Source: Candidatus Curtissbacteria bacterium RIFCSPHIGHO2_01_FULL_41_11 (GTDB taxonomy: Bacteria; Patescibacteriota; Microgenomatia; Curtissbacterales; GWA2-41-24). From it: 64,000 nucleotides of DNA. Both the position numbers and the translations under genes were made by a program. Positions 29,630-39,837 of the stretch are shown here, piece by piece. The notes under the pieces were generated by a model. It did not search any database and had not been told where the DNA came from. It worked only from the letters and a program-made list of their open reading frames with translations. The stretch lies in contig MFAZ01000043.1 of NCBI GenBank assembly GCA_001776335.1, positions 3,984-67,983 of the forward strand, in the 5' to 3' direction. How positions within the stretch are numbered: the first letter of the stretch is position 1; the number at the start of each line of letters is the position of its first letter.

Positions 29630-30901
29630 ATGAATCAAAAAAGATTGTTTGTTTTCATATTGTCTTTGCTTGTTTTTTCTTTCCTTGTTAGGATTTGGCG
29701 AATTTCCGAACCAAACCGATATTATTTCGATGAGGTTTATCATGTGGTAACAGCCCGTGCATATTCACAGAATAATCCTGAAGCGTATGATCCATTTGCT
29801 CCGGCACCCGAAAAGAATACTGCCTTCGATTGGCTTCATCCACCGCTTGCGAAGTTGATTCAGGCCGGATCAATTAAAATTTTTGGCGATAAACCACTTG
29901 GCTGGCGATTACCGAGTGCAATATTTGGGACTGGAATAGTTATTGCTACTTTTTTTCTTGCATCTGCACTTTTTGGACCAACCGTTGCTATTTTTGCATC
30001 ATCTGTGATTGCTTTCGAAAATCTGATTTTCGTTATGTCGCGCATAACCATGAATGATGTATTTGTAACATTTTTTACACTTGTTTCTTTTATCTTTACT
30101 TATTTTTATGTGACTCGTGGGAAAGTGAGGGATTTAGTCTTAACTTGTGTATTCCTGGGGCTAGCTGTTTCATCCAAGTGGTCAGGGGCATATACGATAA
30201 TTGCTTGTTCAGTTTTTATTTTGTGGAGTAAGTTACGAGTAAGGAAATTCGACATTCGATTAATATTTTTAGTTTTGATTCCACCTGCTGTATATCTTTT
30301 AAGCTTCAGTCAATATTGGCTGCAGGGCCATAGTTTTAAACAATTTATTGATTTAAACAAACAAGTCTGGTGGTATCAAAATAGAGAGGATTTGGAACAT
30401 TCTTATGGAACAACTGCACTATGGTGTGCCCCAAAAGGTTTGAACGGTCCCAAAACATGGTGTCCGTGGATTCTGGATGTGCGGGGGGTGTATTTGTCTT
30501 ATGAACAGTATGGTTCAAAAGCGGGATATATCTACGCGATTGGTAATCCGCTAATTTTTTGGTCAGGTGTTCTGGGAGTTTCATTTTGCTTGGGGCTTTT
30601 GATTGAGCAAAGGAAAAAAGAATATGTATTTTTATTGTTGGGCTATTTTATATTTTGGATTCCGTGGATTTTTAGCCCGAGAATCATGTTTCTTTATCAC
30701 TATTTACCGGCAATTCCATTTCTTGCCATCTCGCTCGGGGTTGTGCTTGCCGAAATTTGGAAGACTCGTTTTAAATTTATTTCAATTATTGTGATTGTGA
30801 TTTTTACTGCAGGCTTTTTCTACTTTTATCCAATAACTTCTGGCTGGCCAATTGAGCCAAAGGCGATTGATAGCTTTATGTGGCTCAAGACGTGGCGATG
30901 A
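29630..30901 (+). CDS. Protein O-mannosyltransferase-like (PMT/GT39)
   Basis: FDEVYH, HPPLAK, GWR, SR..M.D, KWSG, GNP.I.W, R.MFLYHY.P. Confidence 0.88.
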   Translation: MNQKRLFVFILSLLVFSFLVRIWRISEPNRYYFDEVYHVVTARAYSQNNPEAYDPFAPAPEKNTAFDWLHPPLAKLIQAGSIKIFGDKPLGWRLPSAIFGTGIVIATFFLASALFGPTVAIFASSVIAFENLIFVMSRITMNDVFVTFFTLVSFIFTYFYVTRGKVRDLVLTCVFLGLAVSSKWSGAYTIIACSVFILWSKLRVRKFDIRLIFLVLIPPAVYLLSFSQYWLQGHSFKQFIDLNKQVWWYQNREDLEHSYGTTALWCAPKGLNGPKTWCPWILDVRGVYLSYEQYGSKAGYIYAIGNPLIFWSGVLGVSFCLGLLIEQRKKEYVFLLLGYFIFWIPWIFSPRIMFLYHYLPAIPFLAISLGVVLAEIWKTRFKFISIIVIVIFTAGFFYFYPITSGWPIEPKAIDSFMWLKTWR

Positions 30902-30902
30902 C

Positions 30903-32090
30903 TTAGTGCACGGCGGTGCGAGGCGTTCCTTTGCGATTAATCAGGTTGTTGAGGATAATCCAGCGGCGTTCTTTTTCGGCGTGAGAAATATCGTCTCTAA
31001 AAGCTTTATGAGCAGCAGTTGTGGGACGATCGGAATATTTGGAGACGTAGGCATATGCAAAATTTACTTCTTTTGCAAGTTTAACCGTACTTTGGAATTG
31101 TTCCTCTGTTTCACCAGGAAAACCCACAATAATATCCGTCGAAATTTGTACATTTGGAATCTTCGTTTTTATTTTTCTTATTAAATTTATGTACTCTTCT
31201 TGGGTATACCATCTGTTCATCCGTTTCAAGACTTCGTCATCTCCTGATTGAACTGCTAGATGAAGGTTTCTGTCTATCTTGGGATTTTTAGCTATGACGC
31301 TGATAAGTTGATCCGAAAAATCCCAAGGATTGGATGATATGAATTTTACAGTTTTAATGCCTTTTATTTTGCATACTTCGTCAAGCAGGTATGGAAAAAG
31401 TGTAGGGATGCGATATTTTCCGAGGTGTTTAACCATGACTGGCTTGACGGTTTTACCGTTTGGTAACTTGTAACCCTGCCTGCCGGCAGGCAGGCCTTTG
31501 CTGTTTTTGACTAAATCTGCCCCATAGGAGTTTACATTTTGACCAAGTAGAGTCACTTCGTAACAACCTTTTTTTGCCAGCTCCTCTATTTCTTCTATTA
31601 CATCTTTAAATGGCCGCGAGATTTCCCTTCCTCTGGTGAACGGTACAACACAAAAAGTGCAGAAGTTGTTGCAACCGTTTGAAATAGGAACCCATGAATG
31701 CGATACATCTTGCCTAAGCGCCGGGTAATCAAAACCTACTTCTTCAAGTGGTAAAAATTCATCGACTTCGGGCATTCTTTTTTGTAAGGCTTTGAGGTAT
31801 TTACCCGTTTCATCTCTGACTGCCATTCCTACCATACAACCGGAAACAACAATTTTGGGCTTAGTCTTTTCCCGCCATTTGGCGGATTTTGCGATGTTTT
31901 TGACAAGACCGGTAACTCTGTCTTCTGCAGACTGCCGGATCATGCAAGTGTTAATAACAACTTCACTTGCATCTTTCATGGTTTTAGAAGGTTTATAACC
32001 ACGAGATTTGTAATAACTGGCAATTCTTTGGCTGTCTGCCAAGTTCTGCTGACAGCCGAATGTCTTGATATAAAAAGTATTAGAGGACAT
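30903..32090 (-). CDS. miaB: MiaB-family methylthiotransferase (no TRAM domain)
   Basis: TFGC..N..DS, NTC.IR, CNNFCTFCVVP..RG.E.SR, TDIIVGFPGET. Confidence 0.88.
   Translation of the reverse strand: MSSNTFYIKTFGCQQNLADSQRIASYYKSRGYKPSKTMKDASEVVINTCMIRQSAEDRVTGLVKNIAKSAKWREKTKPKIVVSGCMVGMAVRDETGKYLKALQKRMPEVDEFLPLEEVGFDYPALRQDVSHSWVPISNGCNNFCTFCVVPFTRGREISRPFKDVIEEIEELAKKGCYEVTLLGQNVNSYGADLVKNSKGLPAGRQGYKLPNGKTVKPVMVKHLGKYRIPTLFPYLLDEVCKIKGIKTVKFISSNPWDFSDQLISVIAKNPKIDRNLHLAVQSGDDEVLKRMNRWYTQEEYINLIRKIKTKIPNVQISTDIIVGFPGETEEQFQSTVKLAKEVNFAYAYVSKYSDRPTTAAHKAFRDDISHAEKERRWIILNNLINRKGTPRTAVH
31475..31494. repeat. Perfect 20-bp palindrome inserted in-frame in miaB
   Basis: CCTGCCTGCCGGCAGGCAGG, encoding LPAGRQ. 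Confidence 0.85.
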
Positions 32091-32145
32091 TGTTGTATTG
32101 TTAAATTGTTAAATTGTTAAAGAAAGATTTTATCACAACGCAGAA

Positions 32146-32532
32146 CTAGCCAATAATTTTTGGCAGGAAGATTATCAGTCCGATGATTATTGCAGCAGTC
32201 GACAGGATTAGGACTCCGCCTGCTGCGCAATGTTTTGCAAGTCTTATCCTAGGATGGTGTTCGGGGTGAAGAACATCGCCCAATTCCTCAATTCCAGTGT
32301 TAATCGCTTCAGCCCCTAAAACTGCAGATGAGATAAGAATTATATTGAACCATTCGGCAGTAGTAATTCGATACACAAAGCCCAGTACAATAGCCAATAA
32401 TAAGACAGTTGTCTCAATTTTGAAATGTGTACCTTTTTTAAAACTGTAATAAATACCTTCGAATGCAAAGGCGAAGCTTTTAATCTGATGGATAAAAAAT
32501 GGGTCTTTTTTCTTAATTTCAATGGGGTCCAT
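32146..32532 (-). CDS. dgkA: Prokaryotic diacylglycerol/undecaprenol kinase
   Basis: SF.FAF.G, E..NT..E...D, AK..AAG.VL. Confidence 0.9.
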   Translation of the reverse strand: MDPIEIKKKDPFFIHQIKSFAFAFEGIYYSFKKGTHFKIETTVLLLAIVLGFVYRITTAEWFNIILISSAVLGAEAINTGIEELGDVLHPEHHPRIRLAKHCAAGGVLILSTAAIIIGLIIFLPKIIG

Positions 32533-32619
32533 TATTCAATTTTAGCATTATTGTGAGGTAAATTTGCCTTGACTTTCGAGGCTAAAAGTAGTATATCTAG
32601 GGTTTGAAAGGGTTATAAA

Positions 32620-32958
32620 ATGCCAGAACAAAAGAATAAGGAAAAAGTACTTATTGGTCAAGTTACCGAAACAAGCAGTGCTGATTCCTTTATAGCGAGA
32701 GACTTGCAGGAGAGAAAAGAAGAATACTACGCAACCAGTGGTAAGACGCTAACGGCTAGTCCGGTTGGGCAATCCAATTCGCCAGGCCAAATTGGCATTT
32801 TAAAACCAGGTTCCTATACATCCGGTCATGCCTCAACTGAAGAAAATCGCCCAGTTCAGACCGGTGGGGTGGTAATTGATTTTAGTAATTTTAAAGAAAA
32901 CGCTTCGGGCGTCGGTCGAGAACTTGTTGCAGACAGGCAGAATAGAAAAGCTGCGTAG
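32620..32958 (+). CDS. Hypothetical low-complexity protein
   Basis: 112 aa ORF in an otherwise free spacer, preceded by TTGACT-N17-TATATC; ends RKAA. Confidence 0.6.
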   Translation: MPEQKNKEKVLIGQVTETSSADSFIARDLQERKEEYYATSGKTLTASPVGQSNSPGQIGILKPGSYTSGHASTEENRPVQTGGVVIDFSNFKENASGVGRELVADRQNRKAA

Positions 32959-32985
32959 TATAAGCTTCCTTATTATATTAGAGAT

Positions 32986-33258
32986 TTACTTGATTAACCT
33001 TCTGAGGGTTTTGCCTGCTGTGAATCCGGGAAGTTTGTGTGCAGAAATCTGAATGGCCCCGCCGGTTTGAGGATTTCTTCCTTTTCTAGTGGCTCTGGTT
33101 CTGACTTTGAAAGTACCGAATCCTGTAATTACGACCTTGTCCCCTTTTAAAAGTGCTTCTCTGATGGAGCCAAAAACTGAGTTGACAGCATCGAATCCTG
33201 CTTTTTTGGTAAGGCCAACTTTTTTTGCTACTCTTTCTGCCAGTTCGTTTTTTGTCAT
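32986..33258 (-). CDS. hup: HU DNA-binding protein
   Basis: MTKNEL, GFGTF..R.RA.R.GRNPQTG. Confidence 0.96.
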   Translation of the reverse strand: MTKNELAERVAKKVGLTKKAGFDAVNSVFGSIREALLKGDKVVITGFGTFKVRTRATRKGRNPQTGGAIQISAHKLPGFTAGKTLRRLIK

Positions 33259-33290
33259 AAATTATTTTGGTAAGGGGGATTATATCTCAA

Positions 33291-34772
33291 TTATTTTGCT
33301 ATGTCTACAGCTCTGGTTTCGCGAATTACAGTCACGGCAATTTGGCCGGGATAGGTGAGTTCTTTTTCCAACCTTTCTTTAATATCGTGAGCTAAATTTA
33401 TAATGCCCGAATCGTCCAAGATTTCCGGGTTAACAATAACTCTAATTTCGCGGCCAGCCTGTATCGCGTATGCTTTGTCTACACCTGGGAAGCTTGTTGC
33501 TATTTTTTCTATCTCTGTTAGCCTTTTTATGTACTGTTCAACCGGTTCGTGACGAGCTCCGGGACGGGCCCCGGAAACTGAGTCTGCGAGATGTACAATT
33601 ATGGACTCAATGCTTGAAAATGGTTCATCCTCGTGGTGTTGGGCGATGCAATCTATTACTTCCTGAGGGAAATTCCATCTTTTTGCTAGTTCGACTCCCA
33701 GCTGGACGTGGGTGCCTTCTTTATCCATTTGAGTTTTGCCTATATCATGGAAAAGACCCCCTGTTGCAGCGATTGTGGTATTAGCACCTAATTCTTCTGC
33801 CAATTTTTTTGCAATTTTGCCTGTTTCCAGACATGCAATAAGCTGGTTTTGCCCGTATGAGTAGCGAAATTTCAACCTACCGAGCGTGTCAAGTGTTTCC
33901 TGGGGAAGATTATAAAGACCGAGTTCGTGTGCAGCTTTTCTCCCGGCTTCGGACATATCTCTATCTACCAGTTCTTTAGCTTTTTCAACAAGCTGTTCGA
34001 TTCTTGTGGGTTGGATGCGGGCATCTTTTACCAACCACTCCAAAGCAATTCTTGCGACCTCTCTCCGTACAGGATCAAAAGAGGATAACCTAACCTCTCC
34101 CGCTACTTCACTGTCAAGTTCTACGTCTACGCCAGTGGCAAGCTCAAAAGCTCTTATGTTTCTGCCTTCTTTTCCTATAATCCTGCCTTTAATCTCTTCT
34201 GACTCAAGTCTGATTGTGGTTACTGTATATTCGGCGACCCAATCGGTGGCGCCTGCAATCATGGAGTTCACTAGGATTTCTTTCGCTCTTTCGTCCGAGG
34301 CTTCTTTAACTTTTTCTTCTGCTTCTTTTATTCTTTTAGCAATTTCGCCGGAAAGCTCCTTTTCGACATTCTCAAGAATTATTTTCTTGGCTTCATCTCT
34401 TGTTGTTGAAGTTACTTTTGAAAGTTTTGAAATTAAGTCTTCTCTTATTTTTACCAGTTCCTGTTCCTTTTTGACGTAGGATGCTTTAGCTTGCGCTATT
34501 TCTTTTTCTTGATTTTCGATTTTAGTTATTTTGTCTTCGAAGACCTGTGCTTTTTGAGCAATATTCTTTTCAATTTCCAAGGACTCTTCGCGTAATTTTC
34601 TCGCCTCTTCTTCTGCTGCTTTTTTAATTCTATAAGCCTCATCTCTTGCGTCTTGAATTATCTCTCTGGCTTGCGATGTTGGATCTTGGGAGGATTTTTG
34701 AACGTTACCCACAGAAACGACTACCTTTGTGGGCGAATCAGTATTTTGAGGATCTGAAAAAGATCTTTTCAT
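33291..34772 (-). CDS. rny: Ribonuclease Y
   Basis: Coiled coil, KH domain KGRIIGKEGRNIR, HDIGK, S.ARPGAR, AIQAGREIRV. Confidence 0.94.
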   Translation of the reverse strand: MKRSFSDPQNTDSPTKVVVSVGNVQKSSQDPTSQAREIIQDARDEAYRIKKAAEEEARKLREESLEIEKNIAQKAQVFEDKITKIENQEKEIAQAKASYVKKEQELVKIREDLISKLSKVTSTTRDEAKKIILENVEKELSGEIAKRIKEAEEKVKEASDERAKEILVNSMIAGATDWVAEYTVTTIRLESEEIKGRIIGKEGRNIRAFELATGVDVELDSEVAGEVRLSSFDPVRREVARIALEWLVKDARIQPTRIEQLVEKAKELVDRDMSEAGRKAAHELGLYNLPQETLDTLGRLKFRYSYGQNQLIACLETGKIAKKLAEELGANTTIAATGGLFHDIGKTQMDKEGTHVQLGVELAKRWNFPQEVIDCIAQHHEDEPFSSIESIIVHLADSVSGARPGARHEPVEQYIKRLTEIEKIATSFPGVDKAYAIQAGREIRVIVNPEILDDSGIINLAHDIKERLEKELTYPGQIAVTVIRETRAVDIAK

Positions 34773-34909
34773 CTTATATTTAAATCCAAAAGGAGAAAAC
34801 CCGCTTTGGGGTTATGAAGCTTTAATTAAATATTTACTTGTTTTCTCGATAATCTCGGGAAAAATCATATCTAAAACTTACTCCTAATGGTGTTTTTCTC
34901 AAGAAAATT

Positions 34910-35566
34910 CTACCGCTTATTGGAAAATATTGCAAATACCTCTTTAATGGTTTCAAAATCAAAGCCTTTTGAAATTAAATATTGGTAAATTTTCTTTTTT
35001 AAGTCAAGATTTGACAAATTTTGCCAACTTTTAATTTTCTTTTGGAGAGCTTTTTTTGCATATTCTGTTTCTTTATCAGATTTTGAAAGCAAATTTTCAA
35101 TTATACTATCTGAAATACCTTTTTTTCTCAGCTCAAGTTTTAATAATCTTGATCCTCTGGGTCTGCTTCTCAATCTGGATTCCACATACCATTTTGCAAA
35201 TTCCAAGTCATTTATGTAGCTGTATTTTTTTAATTTTGAAATAATTTTTTCTATGAGTGGACTTTCCGATGCCTGGTTGAATTTTACGTTTTCCCTGACT
35301 GCTATTTTTTTTATTAAGTGATCCCTTACTTCTTTTTCACTTCTTTGCCTGAAGGAAAGAAAGTTGGTGGCAATTTCAGTAAGTTTTGAGAGTTGTTCGC
35401 GGACCAATATTTTGGAAATCTCATCTTCGGTTAAGATTTTGCCAACTTTCAAATTATTTTCTAGAAGACTTTGGTCACTAATTCCAAAAGCAAATTTCCC
35501 ATCAAGAAAAATGTTAAATCTTGAAGTGTTCTTTTTTTGTGGTTCGATTAAAGAAATTTTGGGCAC
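34910..35566 (-). CDS. recX: Regulatory protein RecX
   Basis: RSEKEV, YINDLEFA, EL..KGI, YL..KGF; directly downstream of recA. Confidence 0.92.
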   Translation of the reverse strand: MPKISLIEPQKKNTSRFNIFLDGKFAFGISDQSLLENNLKVGKILTEDEISKILVREQLSKLTEIATNFLSFRQRSEKEVRDHLIKKIAVRENVKFNQASESPLIEKIISKLKKYSYINDLEFAKWYVESRLRSRPRGSRLLKLELRKKGISDSIIENLLSKSDKETEYAKKALQKKIKSWQNLSNLDLKKKIYQYLISKGFDFETIKEVFAIFSNKR

Positions 35567-35571
35567 TAAAC

Positions 35572-36648
35572 TTATGCAGCGAGTGTTTCTGGAAGTTCTT
35601 CTTCTTCGTGGTCCTCTTTGCCTATGTTGTTTGTAACTTTAACCGGCCGAGAGGTGCTCTTTTTCATTTTTGTCCAAATTTCTTTTTCCAGGGCTGCCGC
35701 TTCTTTTTTGTGTTCCAAAATATATGCTTTGGCGCTTTCCCGTCCTTGTCCAATTAATTTTGCGCCCATCCTGAAAAATGCCCCTGATTTTGTTATAAGA
35801 CCAAGTTCGACTGCAACATCCAAAAGTCCTGCTTCTTTTGACATGCCTTCTTCACTCATAATATCGAACTCTGCAATTCTGAATGGTGGAGCAACTTTAT
35901 TTTTGACAACTTTTACCCGGTGCCGGGAACCGACAACCTTTTCTCCTTCTTTTATGTTTTCGATTCTTCTGATATCGAGACGGATCGAGGAATAAAATTT
36001 GAGAGCACGTCCACCCGGGGTTGTTTCCGGGTTGCCAAACATAACACCAATTTTTTCGCGCAGTTGGTTTGTAAATATTGCGACCGTTTTGGATTTGGAA
36101 ATTGCACCGGTTAGCTTTCGCAGGGCTTGTGACATAAGTCTTGCCTGAACCCCCATCATTGAATCTCCCATTTCCCCTTCTATCTCTGCACGTGGTACAA
36201 GAGCGGCGACTGAATCAATAACGATTACGTCAATCGCGCCTGAGCGGATTAAGGTTTCTGTGATTTCAAGTGCCTGCTCACCGGTATCGGGTTGAGAAAT
36301 GAGAAGATCATCGAGGTTGACTCCCATTTTTTGAGCCCACAGGGGGTCAAGTGCATGCTCTGCATCAATTAGCGCCGCGCTTCCGCCGTTTTTTTGAGCT
36401 TGAGCGATTATCGAAAGACAAAGGGAAGTTTTCCCAGATGCTTCCGGTCCGAAGATTTCGATTATTCTGCCTCTTGGAAGACCGCCAACTCCAAGAGCCA
36501 GATCTACGGGAACAGAACCGGTTGAGATAACATCTACTCCCAGCTTGCCCACAGAATCTCCCATCTTCATGATGGAGCCTTTCCCGTAAGCTTTTTCTAT
36601 TTGGGAAATGGCAGTCAAAATTGCTTGTTTCTTTGCGTCAGAACTCAT
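35572..36648 (-). CDS. recA: Recombinase RecA
   Basis: [34 protein letters not shown]. Confidence 0.98.
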   Translation of the reverse strand: MSSDAKKQAILTAISQIEKAYGKGSIMKMGDSVGKLGVDVISTGSVPVDLALGVGGLPRGRIIEIFGPEASGKTSLCLSIIAQAQKNGGSAALIDAEHALDPLWAQKMGVNLDDLLISQPDTGEQALEITETLIRSGAIDVIVIDSVAALVPRAEIEGEMGDSMMGVQARLMSQALRKLTGAISKSKTVAIFTNQLREKIGVMFGNPETTPGGRALKFYSSIRLDIRRIENIKEGEKVVGSRHRVKVVKNKVAPPFRIAEFDIMSEEGMSKEAGLLDVAVELGLITKSGAFFRMGAKLIGQGRESAKAYILEHKKEAAALEKEIWTKMKKSTSRPVKVTNNIGKEDHEEEELPETLAA

Positions 36649-36766
36649 GTGGGGGCAGAGGCCAAGTTATTATTACAATAGTTTTTATGAAATTACAAGT
36701 GACACTTATTATACTATCCGAATATTACCCGAATATCAACAGCCACGTGTTAAAATAATAATTCAC

Positions 36767-36837
36767 CGGGGAGTAGTATAGTGGTAATACGCGCCGCTGG
36801 GGGTGGTGTATCGGGAGTTCGATTCTCCCCTCCCCGA
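36767..36837 (+). tRNA. tRNA-Pro(GGG), CCA not encoded
   Basis: Acceptor stem CGGGGAG/CTCCCCG+A, D stem GTAT/ATAC, anticodon arm CGCCG-CTGGGGG-TGGTG, T arm GGGAG-TTCGATT-CTCCC. Confidence 0.95.
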
Positions 36838-36884
36838 CACTCGGATTTGACAAAGGATATTTAAAAAGTGTTAGATATACAAAG

Positions 36885-37337
36885 ATGAAATTTTTGGAAA
36901 AGCTTCCTTTTTTTGGCAAAAAACAGTCACCAGCAGAAAATCTGCAGCCGGCTTCTCCTGCTCCGGGAAGTCCTGAAGCAAAACAGGCGACAGCAAACAT
37001 ACTTGCGCAAAACCTGGCAAATCTAGAAAACAATGCTGCAATGGCAAAGGAGTCTGGAGTAGCAAGTACTGACGCATCAACAATTTCTGCACTTGAACAA
37101 AAGCTCGCGGAAGGTGGTGTAACACCAACTGTAAATCCTGATGTTAAGAAAGCGGAGTTCAGCACGCCACCACCCCTACCGGTGACCTTCGGTCAGGTGG
37201 AAGGTCCAAAACCGAGCGCGGCTACAGTAGAAAGTTTGACTGCAGAAGTTACAAAACTGGCACAGGCGGATGCCGAATCAGAAGCGACTGCGAGCATTCC
37301 ACCAAAACCCGTTTCTACTCTAGATAAAGCTGCTTAG
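36885..37337 (+). CDS. Hypothetical Ala/Pro-rich protein
   Basis: 150 aa ORF downstream of the tRNA; ends DKAA. Confidence 0.7.
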   Translation: MKFLEKLPFFGKKQSPAENLQPASPAPGSPEAKQATANILAQNLANLENNAAMAKESGVASTDASTISALEQKLAEGGVTPTVNPDVKKAEFSTPPPLPVTFGQVEGPKPSAATVESLTAEVTKLAQADAESEATASIPPKPVSTLDKAA

Positions 37338-37346
37338 AAAATTAAA

Positions 37347-37574
37347 TTAAATTTCTATAGTAGAGTTTTCTCGAAGATTTATTTTTGGGGGTAATACTGC
37401 TTCGAGTAAAAATGCTTGTTCGTATTGTCGACCAGTTTTTTCATCGCAGAATTCCACATTTGAACTTTGTGAATCCGCTTCTATCTTACGATTGAGATCG
37501 GTCTTTTGTATTGCAAACCCGACTCCAGTGATTATACCTACAATTGATAGTGTGCTTAAAACTTCTCTTCTCAC
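37347..37574 (-). CDS. Hypothetical small protein (possibly a truncated gene)
   Basis: GTG start overlaps the rpsI stop; N-terminal hydrophobic helix. Confidence 0.45.
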   Translation of the reverse strand: MRREVLSTLSIVGIITGVGFAIQKTDLNRKIEADSQSSNVEFCDEKTGRQYEQAFLLEAVLPPKINLRENSTIEI

Positions 37575-38017
37575 TAACGCTTTGGGCTTTGTTTGCCTTT
37601 CCGGGCTTTTTGGGCTCTTCCGTATTTTCGACGTTCCTTAACCCTTGGGTCACGTGTCAATAATCCTGCTTTTTTAAGAGCTGGGCGGAATGCCGGGTCT
37701 GCTTCTGTGAGGGCATGCGCTATTCCGTGTATGGCCGCTTCCAACTGACTGTTTTTGCCGGATCCTGAAATATTGATAGTCGCATAGTATGATTCCTGCG
37801 TTTTTGTGAGAACAAAAGGTTTTTGCAATTTAACTTTAGAAGTCGGCCCGGGGAAATATTTTTCAGCGGGTTTAGAGTTTACTGTAAGATCCCCTTTTCC
37901 TTTGAACAGTCTGACTCTTGCTGTTGCTTCTTTTCGCCTGCCATGGGAGCTAACGTAGTCCTTTTTTGGTTTCTTATCTGTTGCTTGTTTTTTTGTACTT
38001 TCTTCTTGATCTGCCAT
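37574..38017 (-). CDS. rpsI: 30S ribosomal protein S9
   Basis: GRRKEATARV, LLTRDPR.KERRKYG; ATG at 38017. Confidence 0.96.
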   Translation of the reverse strand: MADQEESTKKQATDKKPKKDYVSSHGRRKEATARVRLFKGKGDLTVNSKPAEKYFPGPTSKVKLQKPFVLTKTQESYYATINISGSGKNSQLEAAIHGIAHALTEADPAFRPALKKAGLLTRDPRVKERRKYGRAQKARKGKQSPKR

Positions 38018-38018
38018 T

Positions 38019-38429
38019 TTATTGTTTGAATTTGTCTTTGTAAGCATGTTCTTTTTCCGGATAAATAAAAAGTTTTCTCATCATCTCTTTACCAATTTTA
38101 TTTTTGGGCAGCATACCCACAACGCTATGTCTCAGGAGCTCTTGGGGTTTTTGTTTTCTGACTTCTGCCGCCGTTTTTGATTTAAGACCTCCGGGATAGC
38201 CGGAGTGATGATAATAGATTTTTTGGTTTTCTTTCTTGCCTGAAAGTTTTATTTTTGAGGTGTTTATGACTACAATATTATCTCCGCAATCCAAATGAGG
38301 AGTGTAATATGGCTTATTTTTACCCATCAAAATTGTGGCAATTTTGGTGGAAAGCCTGCCGAGAACTTCATCTTTTGCATCTATAAGATGCCATTTTCTT
38401 GTTATGTCTTTTGGTTTAATGTTTTTCAT
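38019..38429 (-). CDS. rplM: 50S ribosomal protein L13
   Basis: W.LIDA...LGR, YTPH.D.GD, HSGYPGG. Confidence 0.97.
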   Translation of the reverse strand: MKNIKPKDITRKWHLIDAKDEVLGRLSTKIATILMGKNKPYYTPHLDCGDNIVVINTSKIKLSGKKENQKIYYHHSGYPGGLKSKTAAEVRKQKPQELLRHSVVGMLPKNKIGKEMMRKLFIYPEKEHAYKDKFKQ

Positions 38430-38461
38430 GTATACGCTGATTTTACTGATTTAGGTTGATT

Positions 38462-38899
38462 TTAATGATGATGCGACTTACTTTGTTTTCTAGCAACCGA
38501 TTTCTTTTGAATACTCTCAACTGTTAGTGGTTTTTCTGTTTTCTTTCCAACCTTTATGAGTTCTAATCTTGCCATAGGGGCAGCATCTCCGCGACGAGGC
38601 GCAAGCTTAATGATACGAGAATAACCACCTGCCCTGTCTTTGAAAGAAGGTGCGATTTCTTTTGTCAATTTTTGAAATGCCGGACTTGACAGCTTGTTTG
38701 CGATTATTCGTTTTTGGGCTAAACCGTTTTTCCTTGCTACTGTTATCAACTTCTCGACATAAGCTCTAGCAAACTTCGCTTTTGCCAGTGTAGTGGTTAG
38801 GCGCCCACTGGCAATAAGTGAGCTCGCCAAGTTTCCGAGAAGCGCTTGTCTCGCATTGGTATCTCTTCCAAGCTTGCGACCAAATACTGCGTGTCTCAC
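38462..38899 (-). CDS. rplQ: 50S ribosomal protein L17
   Basis: MRH....KLGR, TT.AKAK, R.GGY.RI, RRGD.A. Confidence 0.97.
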   Translation of the reverse strand: MRHAVFGRKLGRDTNARQALLGNLASSLIASGRLTTTLAKAKFARAYVEKLITVARKNGLAQKRIIANKLSSPAFQKLTKEIAPSFKDRAGGYSRIIKLAPRRGDAAPMARLELIKVGKKTEKPLTVESIQKKSVARKQSKSHHH

Positions 38900-39816
38900 T
38901 CTCTTGCGACCCCTTTCTCCCTAAGTTTTTCGTCGACTAAAGCGATCGACTTAGGACCCATGTTTTTCATTTTCAAAAGCTCCCTTCTGTCGACATGCAA
39001 AAAGTCACCAATAGTTTCGATCTTGCCTGATTTAAGACTGTTTGTCAGTCTTACTGGAAGATCAAGTTCTTCAAGAGACGTTTTTATAACTTCGTCTGAA
39101 ACTGTTGAGCTCGGTGCTTCTTTCTGTTTTTTGGCAGCAGTTTGTGGTTGATGGATTGTCATAAAATGATCAACCAAAATTTTTGCCGCCTGCTTAAGCG
39201 CTTCTTGAGGTTTGATAGTACCATCGGTCGTAATTTCAAGCGTCAGTTTGTCGTAATTTGTAAGCCTGCCGACACGAGTTGCTTCTACTTTGTAGTTGAC
39301 ATGAGTAATAGGCGAGAAGTTTGCATCAATTGGAATAACTCCAATTTCTCCAGTTTTTCTCTCATCTGCCAGCGAGTAACCACTACCATTTTCAGCGATT
39401 AGATGAACTGTCAATCTGGCTTTTGCGTCCGCAAGGTGAGCCAGTACTAGATCGCCGTTTATGATTTCAACTCCTGCTGAAGTTTGAATATCGCCCGCTT
39501 TAACAACCTTGGGACCTTTGACATCAAGTGTAAGTCTAACCGGTTTGTCTGACGAAATCTTAAGTCTAACTTTTTTAAGATTAAGGATAAATTCAACAAT
39601 GTCTTCGGTTATGCCGGGCATTGATGAAAATTGATGACGTACTCCGGAGATTTTTACCTGAGTAATAGCGGCACCTTGCAGGGATGTCAAAAGAACTCGT
39701 CTGATTGAAGTTCCAATGGTATGACCATAGCCCTGATCAAGCGGTTCTATGATAAACTTACCAAAATCTGCAGTTTCTTTTTCTGTTTGTAATTCTATTT
39801 GAGATAAATCAAGCAT
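38896..39816 (-). CDS. rpoA: RNA polymerase alpha subunit
   Basis: EPL..GYG.T.G...RR.LL, DA.FSP, alpha-CTD. Confidence 0.97.
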   Translation of the reverse strand: MLDLSQIELQTEKETADFGKFIIEPLDQGYGHTIGTSIRRVLLTSLQGAAITQVKISGVRHQFSSMPGITEDIVEFILNLKKVRLKISSDKPVRLTLDVKGPKVVKAGDIQTSAGVEIINGDLVLAHLADAKARLTVHLIAENGSGYSLADERKTGEIGVIPIDANFSPITHVNYKVEATRVGRLTNYDKLTLEITTDGTIKPQEALKQAAKILVDHFMTIHQPQTAAKKQKEAPSSTVSDEVIKTSLEELDLPVRLTNSLKSGKIETIGDFLHVDRRELLKMKNMGPKSIALVDEKLREKGVARE

Positions 39817-39837
39817 CTTATATTTTCACCCCCCTCA

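Noticed and set aside
36767-37574. tRNA-Pro as the integration site of an island
   Set aside because: No integrase and no repeat of the tRNA 3' end seen in the window.
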